Shown here: piece by piece, positions 25,317 to 30,038 of the stretch
Numbering within the stretch: position 1 is the first letter of the stretch
Layout of the letters: each line of letters begins with the position of its first letter
Virus record (IMG/VR): IMGVR_UViG_3300033077_000655
DNA length: 30,038 nt
Origin: a virus
Taxonomy: Duplodnaviria > Heunggongvirae > Uroviricota > Caudoviricetes
Reading direction: 5' to 3' (one strand)
The notes under the pieces: model-generated
The model's input: only the letters and a program-made list of their open reading frames with translations
Database searches by the model: none
Told to the model about the DNA's origin: nothing
Position numbers and translations under genes: made by a program

Positions 25317-25519
25317 TGAGAGCACAAGAATTCTTAACTGAAGAATTACTTACAGGATTCCATGTGTATGGTGCGTCCGTGCGTGTTAAAAATCCTTCGT
25401 ATACCACCAGTATAGATGTGGCCATATTTGCCAAGTCACCGGCTATGGCTCGATTGTTGCTGCAAGCTCAATACGGCAAAGACAGCATAGTTACCAATGT
25501 ACATAGGATAGACGAATGA
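25316..25519 (+). CDS. Small protein with MRAQEFLTEE tag
   Basis: Start re-assigned to ATG 25316 (TAATG coupling). Confidence 0.7.
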   Translation: MRAQEFLTEELLTGFHVYGASVRVKNPSYTTSIDVAIFAKSPAMARLLLQAQYGKDSIVTNVHRIDE

Positions 25520-25995
25520 GAGCCACTGAATTCATCGCTGAACTAAAGATAGACAACCGACAAGGGCTGGGGGCGGTGCCACACAATGCTGATGTGCATT
25601 ACTTTGGTCTAAACGTAGTAATGCGTCCCAGCATGTTCTTAAAGTTGAGTTTGCCTTTGGACAAGAACTCACCAGACGAACAAAAAACTATACAGCAATT
25701 GAAACAACAGATCAATGATCCTGGGTTTGGTGCGCCGTTCTTAACTGTAGTAGTGCCCGAAGCTTGGGAAAACAATGACTTTGGTCTAGAAGCCAAGGTG
25801 CGTGGTCATGACGGACGTCACAGAATGTATGCTATCATAGACGAGGAAGGTGACGATCCTGTGGAGGTTCATATTTTCATATCACACTTTCGTCGCAGAG
25901 ACATCACAGATGGTATCATCAAGAATCTACGCAATGGCATATTGAGTCAAAATGGACAGTATGTAAGTGGTCCTATATTTGGGGATGCCAAATGA
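25516..25995 (+). CDS. ParB/Sulfiredoxin-like domain protein with MRATEFIAE tag
   Basis: PFLTV...VRGHDGRHRMYAI resembles the ParB/Srx DGxHR motif. Confidence 0.55.
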   Translation: MRATEFIAELKIDNRQGLGAVPHNADVHYFGLNVVMRPSMFLKLSLPLDKNSPDEQKTIQQLKQQINDPGFGAPFLTVVVPEAWENNDFGLEAKVRGHDGRHRMYAIIDEEGDDPVEVHIFISHFRRRDITDGIIKNLRNGILSQNGQYVSGPIFGDAK

Positions 25996-26195
25996 GAGCA
26001 AGAGAATTCACACGTAAGAAAAAACCTGAATCGCAAGAACTAGATGAACTTACGTTTTTAGGGTCGCCCTGCACCAAGGATTGTTCCGGCCACAGGGCTG
26101 GGTATTCGTGGTCAAAAGCCCGTGGTAATCGTACTGCAATGAGTCACAGCAACAGTTTTAACAATGGCGCAAGATTGGCGTCACAGGGCAAATAG
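25992..26195 (+). CDS. Small protein with MRAREF tag
   Basis: ATGA coupling; FLGSPCTKDCSGHRAGYSWS module after LDE. Confidence 0.7.
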   Translation: MRAREFTRKKKPESQELDELTFLGSPCTKDCSGHRAGYSWSKARGNRTAMSHSNSFNNGARLASQGK

Positions 26196-26197
26196 AA

Positions 26198-26203
26198 TAA
26201 ATA
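26198..26203 (+). promoter_or_regulatory. TAAATA late-promoter-like box
   Basis: Intergenic; followed by an AAAGGAA RBS and ATG 26234. Confidence 0.55.
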
Positions 26204-26233
26204 AAGCATAGATCATTCATAAAGGAACATCAC

Positions 26234-27088
26234 ATGAGATCAACAGAATTTATCCAAGAAGCAGGACCCGGCGCTCCAGGTTTTGCACAAACTCCTGCTC
26301 AACTAGCAGCACGAGCTGCACAAGGTGAAAAGAATGCACAAGGAATTAAAAATTTCTTTGCCGGAGCACCACAAACTGGTGCTGCCAGCAACATGGCCAA
26401 GGATCCAGCACAACAAGCTGGCCAAGGTTTACCGGCGCCAGTGAATTCGATGGACGACAGCGACGATTTTTATGCTAACCCATTTGTGGCACCAGCAGCA
26501 CCGGTACAGGTGGGCACAGGAGTAGCACCGCCATCACCGCCAGATGGTATAGGAGTAGCACCTCCCACTCAAACCTCCACACCGGTACCTAAGAAAACGT
26601 TTACACCAGATCCAGCTGGTGTGGCAATTGCACAGCAATTAAAGATGGATTCTAACGCAATTAAATTATTCCAAAGAAATCAAGGCTTGACTCCAGACGG
26701 ACGAATTGGTCCTCAAACAACAGCGGCATTGAAGGCAGCACAATTGAAACAAGGCAACGTAGCTGCCAACGACAAAGGTGGTGCAAGAGGTGGTGCTGCA
26801 TTTGCGGCCACAGATCCACGCAGAACTGATGCTGCGGGCGGCGGCCAAACTGGATATAATTCACCACCATTTGCAGCACCAGCTGGTATAGGAGTAGCGC
26901 CACCGGCAGGAGCACGTCCACCAGCTGGTATAGGAGTAGCGCCACCAGCACCACGTGGCGGGAACCTGCGCAACCCAAATGCCGAAAATTTATTATCCAC
27001 AACTGAATCTAAACAACGTAATAAGTTAACAAATTTTGAAGAAAGCGTGGATCGCATGCGTCGGTTGTCAAACATGTTAAAAGGGTAG
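26234..27088 (+). CDS. Pro/Ala/Gly-rich protein with a peptidoglycan-binding domain and MRSTEFIQE tag
   Basis: IKLFQRNQGLTPDGRIGPQTTAAL is the PG_binding_1 signature; four G[TI]GVAPP repeats. Confidence 0.75.
   Translation: MRSTEFIQEAGPGAPGFAQTPAQLAARAAQGEKNAQGIKNFFAGAPQTGAASNMAKDPAQQAGQGLPAPVNSMDDSDDFYANPFVAPAAPVQVGTGVAPPSPPDGIGVAPPTQTSTPVPKKTFTPDPAGVAIAQQLKMDSNAIKLFQRNQGLTPDGRIGPQTTAALKAAQLKQGNVAANDKGGARGGAAFAATDPRRTDAAGGGQTGYNSPPFAAPAGIGVAPPAGARPPAGIGVAPPAPRGGNLRNPNAENLLSTTESKQRNKLTNFEESVDRMRRLSNMLKG
26879..26946 (+). repeat. 26-nt exact direct repeat, period 42 nt (encodes PAGIGVAPP)
   Basis: CCAGCTGGTATAGGAGTAGCGCCACC at 26879 and 26921; degenerate copies at 26513 and 26546. Confidence 0.85.
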
Positions 27089-27089
27089 C

Positions 27090-27869
27090 ATGAAGTTATT
27101 TGAGTTCTTGTCAGAAGCCACCAGCTCAAGCAATATCTATACCGTGAAATCCGGGGATTCCTTGCCAAGCATAGCAACGGCCAATGACACAACTGTGGAT
27201 GGCATCATGTGGCAAAATCCGGAGTTTGCTAGTGCTAGCGATATTGTGTTAGGATCTCGGATACGGTTGCCTGACACTAATGTACCTGGAACAGGATCGG
27301 GTGCCAGAGCATCAACAGGCGCTGTGAAACCCACAACAGCAAGACCACGTTCGATGAAAACGGCAAATCCAGTAGCATCCGGACTGACCAAAGAACAAAT
27401 GGCATTGTTGAACATGATTGCTGCCAGAGAAAGTGGTGGCGATTATAATATCATAAACTACAAAGCTCAAAATCTGATTGATGCCGGAAGATTAAACACC
27501 TCCGGGGGGCCTGGAGAACATCCTTTTGCATATGGTTACAAGGTAGATGGTCAAGACGTACCAGGAAAAGAGAAATATACAGCAGCTGGTAGATATCAGA
27601 TGGTGTGGACTACTTGGAAAGAAGCTGCGGCACTAGCCGGCGTAGATCCAAAAGATTTTTCACCGGCCAATCAGGATCTAGCAGCATTGGCTCTAGCACA
27701 ACAATCTTACAAAAAGAAATTTGGAGGTGATTTGAATACAGTATTGACTGACCCTTCAAAGGCAAGCCAAGTAGTAGCTGGACTTACACCTTGGAGTGTA
27801 CAAGCCGGAGGCCCGGGCTTCACTCCTCAGAATTATACTGCTGCATTGTCGGCTACAAAAACAGCATAA
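27090..27869 (+). CDS. LysM plus lambda-lysozyme-like muramidase/transglycosylase with MKLFEFLSE tag
   Basis: YTVKSGDSLPSIA (LysM); LLNMIAARESGGDY, AAGRYQM...TW and DFSPANQDLAA (lambda R-like). Confidence 0.8.
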   Translation: MKLFEFLSEATSSSNIYTVKSGDSLPSIATANDTTVDGIMWQNPEFASASDIVLGSRIRLPDTNVPGTGSGARASTGAVKPTTARPRSMKTANPVASGLTKEQMALLNMIAARESGGDYNIINYKAQNLIDAGRLNTSGGPGEHPFAYGYKVDGQDVPGKEKYTAAGRYQMVWTTWKEAAALAGVDPKDFSPANQDLAALALAQQSYKKKFGGDLNTVLTDPSKASQVVAGLTPWSVQAGGPGFTPQNYTAALSATKTA

Positions 27870-27901
27870 CACACCAAATAAATTTTAGAAAATAAATTAT
27901 C

Positions 27902-28228
27902 ATGTCTGCAACAATAACTTGGACCGTAACCAAAATGAACTGCTACCCAACAGCAGAGGGACAACCCAACGTGGTGTTTGAAGTTTACTGGATTTGTAGT
28001 GGTGTGCAAGACACCTACAGCAACTATGTGGCTGCTGTGAGCGCCTGCAATATTCCTTTGTCAACTACGTCTTTTACACCTTACGCTGATCTAACACAAG
28101 CACAAGTGCTTGGCTGGATCTGGGCCAATGGTGTTGATCAGTCTGCTGTAGAACTACAAGTACAAGCCTTGATTGACGTACAAATCAATCCTCCAGTGGT
28201 AATACTTCCACTGCCCTGGGCAGCATAA
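27902..28228 (+). CDS. Hypothetical phage protein (no tag)
   Basis: 108-aa ORF after a short AT-rich gap; ITWTV...YW.C...FTPYADLT..QVLGWIW...LPW. Confidence 0.75.
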   Translation: MSATITWTVTKMNCYPTAEGQPNVVFEVYWICSGVQDTYSNYVAAVSACNIPLSTTSFTPYADLTQAQVLGWIWANGVDQSAVELQVQALIDVQINPPVVILPLPWAA

Positions 28229-28230
28229 TC

Positions 28231-28827
28231 ATGAGACTATACGAATTCTTTGACCGACCACGCGAAGGCATGGGATTCTTGGGTGAAAAGAATGTTGAAG
28301 AAGGCGACTTAGACAAATTTAAAAAGTACACCAGACCAGTGGTAAAAACCAAGCCAAAGATTGAAAGAACAACCAATCCTGCTGGCAGAACAAATGACCA
28401 TGTTGAATGGAAAGTTACAACGCCCACTGGCGAGATTCACAGATACAAATCTAAAAAACAAGCGCAAGAACATTTTGATTCTTTTGGTTCTCAAGGTGTA
28501 GCAGAAGTCGCCCCTCCAGGAGCCAAGGCCGAACGCATGGTCCGGCATATTAAACAGGGCTATGCCAAAGATGGCAAGTTGACTCCAAAGGAAAAAGGCA
28601 TCGCTTTTGCCACAGCATGGAAAGCACACAATGCCGGCCAGGTGGAAGAGCAAGGTGTCACAGAAGGCTCCGAGTCTGGTCCAGTTGAAGCATATGGTTA
28701 TAGATACAACAACCGAGATCAACGCATAGTGTGGCGTAAAATTTTCCCGAGTGGAGAAGCTGCTTATGCCTGGGCAGACAGAAATAATGCCACAGTATTA
28801 GGCACCCGCTCAACAGAACAAAGATGA
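28231..28827 (+). CDS. Modular protein with MRLYEFF tag
   Basis: Short modules separated by NVEEG, GVAEV and GVTEG linkers. Confidence 0.75.
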   Translation: MRLYEFFDRPREGMGFLGEKNVEEGDLDKFKKYTRPVVKTKPKIERTTNPAGRTNDHVEWKVTTPTGEIHRYKSKKQAQEHFDSFGSQGVAEVAPPGAKAERMVRHIKQGYAKDGKLTPKEKGIAFATAWKAHNAGQVEEQGVTEGSESGPVEAYGYRYNNRDQRIVWRKIFPSGEAAYAWADRNNATVLGTRSTEQR

Positions 28828-29126
28828 CTTCACAATTTGTGTTGGTCAAAGCTGATGTTTCAATAAACTGGGACGGTGCGGCACCCAATTATAGATTGTA
28901 TGTGGGTGGTGAATTGTTTGCTGATCGTACATATATTTGGCAGGAACAGTATCTAGAAGAACTGATCCAAATTTATGCACCACCTGGAGATTATGAGCTG
29001 CATTGGGAATTGGTTCCGTCAACAGCAGGTGAAATAACTGTGACTAATGTACGAATTGATGATGGCCAAGTGGGATCACGTATAGTAAATAATTCAGTAT
29101 TAAGGATCGAACATGAAAGTACATGA
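28824..29126 (+). CDS. Hypothetical protein
   Basis: ATGA coupling; 100 aa. Confidence 0.7.
   Translation: MTSQFVLVKADVSINWDGAAPNYRLYVGGELFADRTYIWQEQYLEELIQIYAPPGDYELHWELVPSTAGEITVTNVRIDDGQVGSRIVNNSVLRIEHEST
29086..29091 (+). promoter_or_regulatory. Possible internal TAAATA box upstream of the 29113 gene
   Basis: Followed by an AAGGA RBS and ATG 29113. It lies inside a CDS, so it may be chance. Confidence 0.35.
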
Positions 29127-29313
29127 AATAATGGAAGATGCAAGTGGCACAGGCTCAGGATCTGTGGCTGTGATGGTTCAACCCATGGGTACACAAACAA
29201 GACAAGGCGGTTCTATGCTGAGTGGTAAATACACAACGGACCTAACGCCTAATACGCCCAAGGAATACAAAAGGAACAAGCAGTCCCGAGCTAAGTTTCA
29301 GAACAGTCGATAA
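29113..29313 (+). CDS. Small protein with a tag-like start (MKVHEIME)
   Basis: AAGGA RBS; G/S-rich then basic. Confidence 0.6.
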   Translation: MKVHEIMEDASGTGSGSVAVMVQPMGTQTRQGGSMLSGKYTTDLTPNTPKEYKRNKQSRAKFQNSR

Positions 29314-29331
29314 AATGACAATAGGAATAAT

Positions 29332-29772
29332 ATGTTAGCAGATTCATTGAAAACTTTATACGGAACAAATTTTGCATATTTTGTAAAAGCGTTCGGATTC
29401 CATCATAATGTGGAAGGTCCCGACTTTGGAGAACTGCATGATTTCTTCCAGGGCATCTATCAAGATGCATACTCTGCATTAGATCCCACAGCTGAATACA
29501 TTCGTTATCTGGGCGAATATGCCCCTGGAAGTTTAGAAAGATTTATAGAACTTTCTGAGATTGCCGGTCAGATCAAGATTCCCCGTGCTCGACTAATGTT
29601 AGAAGAATTGTATGCCAACAACAATCAAATGCTAGATGTGTTAAATGCTTGCTTTGCTTCTGCTAACGAAGAAAATGAACAAGGTATTGCTAATTTTATT
29701 GCAGAACGACTCAGTGCTCATGGCAAGTATCGTTGGCAACTGAACAGTTATTTGAAAGTTGAACGAGCATGA
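29332..29772 (+). CDS. dps: Dps-family ferritin-like DNA-protection protein
   Basis: FHHNVEGPDF.ELH.FF..IY...LDPTAEYIR.LG preserves the Dps ferroxidase H/H/D/E ligands; AGGA RBS. Confidence 0.85.
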   Translation: MLADSLKTLYGTNFAYFVKAFGFHHNVEGPDFGELHDFFQGIYQDAYSALDPTAEYIRYLGEYAPGSLERFIELSEIAGQIKIPRARLMLEELYANNNQMLDVLNACFASANEENEQGIANFIAERLSAHGKYRWQLNSYLKVERA

Positions 29773-30038
29773 GTGATGACATTGCAAACATACTAAAACG
29801 TCTGGCCGTAATTGAGTCGGATATTACTCCTGTTGGGGTGAAAACAGGACTGAACAAACAACAAAAGTCAGTGCCACAATTGGCTGCATTGTTCAGGCCT
29901 GACAATATGTCACCGGTGCTGGGTAGCAACAATCAAACAAAACCCTTGGGCAAAAACATGTTTGGTGATTCAGTACAGCCTGTTCGCAGTGCGTTAGCTG
30001 AACGCATGGCCGAGATTGACGAAGATATGTTGAGCAAG
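29769..30038 (+). CDS. Hypothetical protein, 3'-truncated by the window edge (absent from the ORF track)
   Basis: ATGA coupling to dps; MSDDIANILKRLAVIES... stays open to the end of the window. Confidence 0.7.
   Translation, partial: MSDDIANILKRLAVIESDITPVGVKTGLNKQQKSVPQLAALFRPDNMSPVLGSNNQTKPLGKNMFGDSVQPVRSALAERMAEIDEDMLSK

Noticed and set aside
26513-26946. Repeats containing AGGAG as a possible CRISPR or mini-array, or as internal ribosome-binding sites
   Set aside because: They are in-frame coding repeats with irregular spacing and no unique equal-length spacers, and no start codon follows the AGGAG.
123-29932. Numerous antisense and alternate-frame ORFs in the track (e.g. 364-834, 6835-7374, 8167-8484, 19954-20337, 26713-27192)
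   Set aside because: They lie wholly over well-supported + strand genes, have no recognisable motifs or RBS, and behave like shadow ORFs.
1-30038. Stop-codon reassignment, as seen in some large phages
   Set aside because: Genes tile tightly under the standard code, and TAA, TGA and TAG all end genes at coupled junctions.
1-30038. tRNA, rRNA or structured ncRNA genes
   Set aside because: The largest intergenic gap is about 165 nt and holds promoter-like boxes; no cloverleaf or T-loop signature was seen.
1-30038. Cellular (bacterial chromosome) origin suggested by clpA, dnaJ, groES, phoH and dps
   Set aside because: These genes lack their usual operon partners and sit among a lysis cassette, a gp44-like loader, a homing endonuclease and T4-type late boxes.

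Overview
The window is a gene-dense segment of a large T4-like or jumbo dsDNA phage genome in the standard genetic code. All supported genes are on the + strand except phoH. Evidence for the phage call: a gp44/RFC-type clamp loader, phoH, phage-borne chaperone/protease genes (groES, a J-domain protein, clpA), a lysis cassette implying a Gram-negative host (two-component spanin, GH19 endolysin, GTA-type holin), Dps, a free-standing GIY-YIG homing endonuclease, and a TAAATA late-promoter-like box in most intergenic gaps. The main result is the 14-29 kb block. About a dozen neighbouring, otherwise unrelated genes start with the same N-terminal tag, M-[RK]-x-x-E-F-h-x-E, which closely resembles the T4 capsid-targeting sequence MKTYQEFIAE. 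Next to them is a 2092-aa polyvalent protein (nucleotidyltransferase, HExxH peptidase, amidoligase, deaminase, four GNATs, ART-like domain) whose domain boundaries carry [ILV]-x-E motifs like prohead-protease sites. My inference is a large set of capsid-packaged, protease-matured, co-injected effector proteins. No tRNA, rRNA or CRISPR array was seen. All functional calls come from motif recognition by eye; no database search was run.
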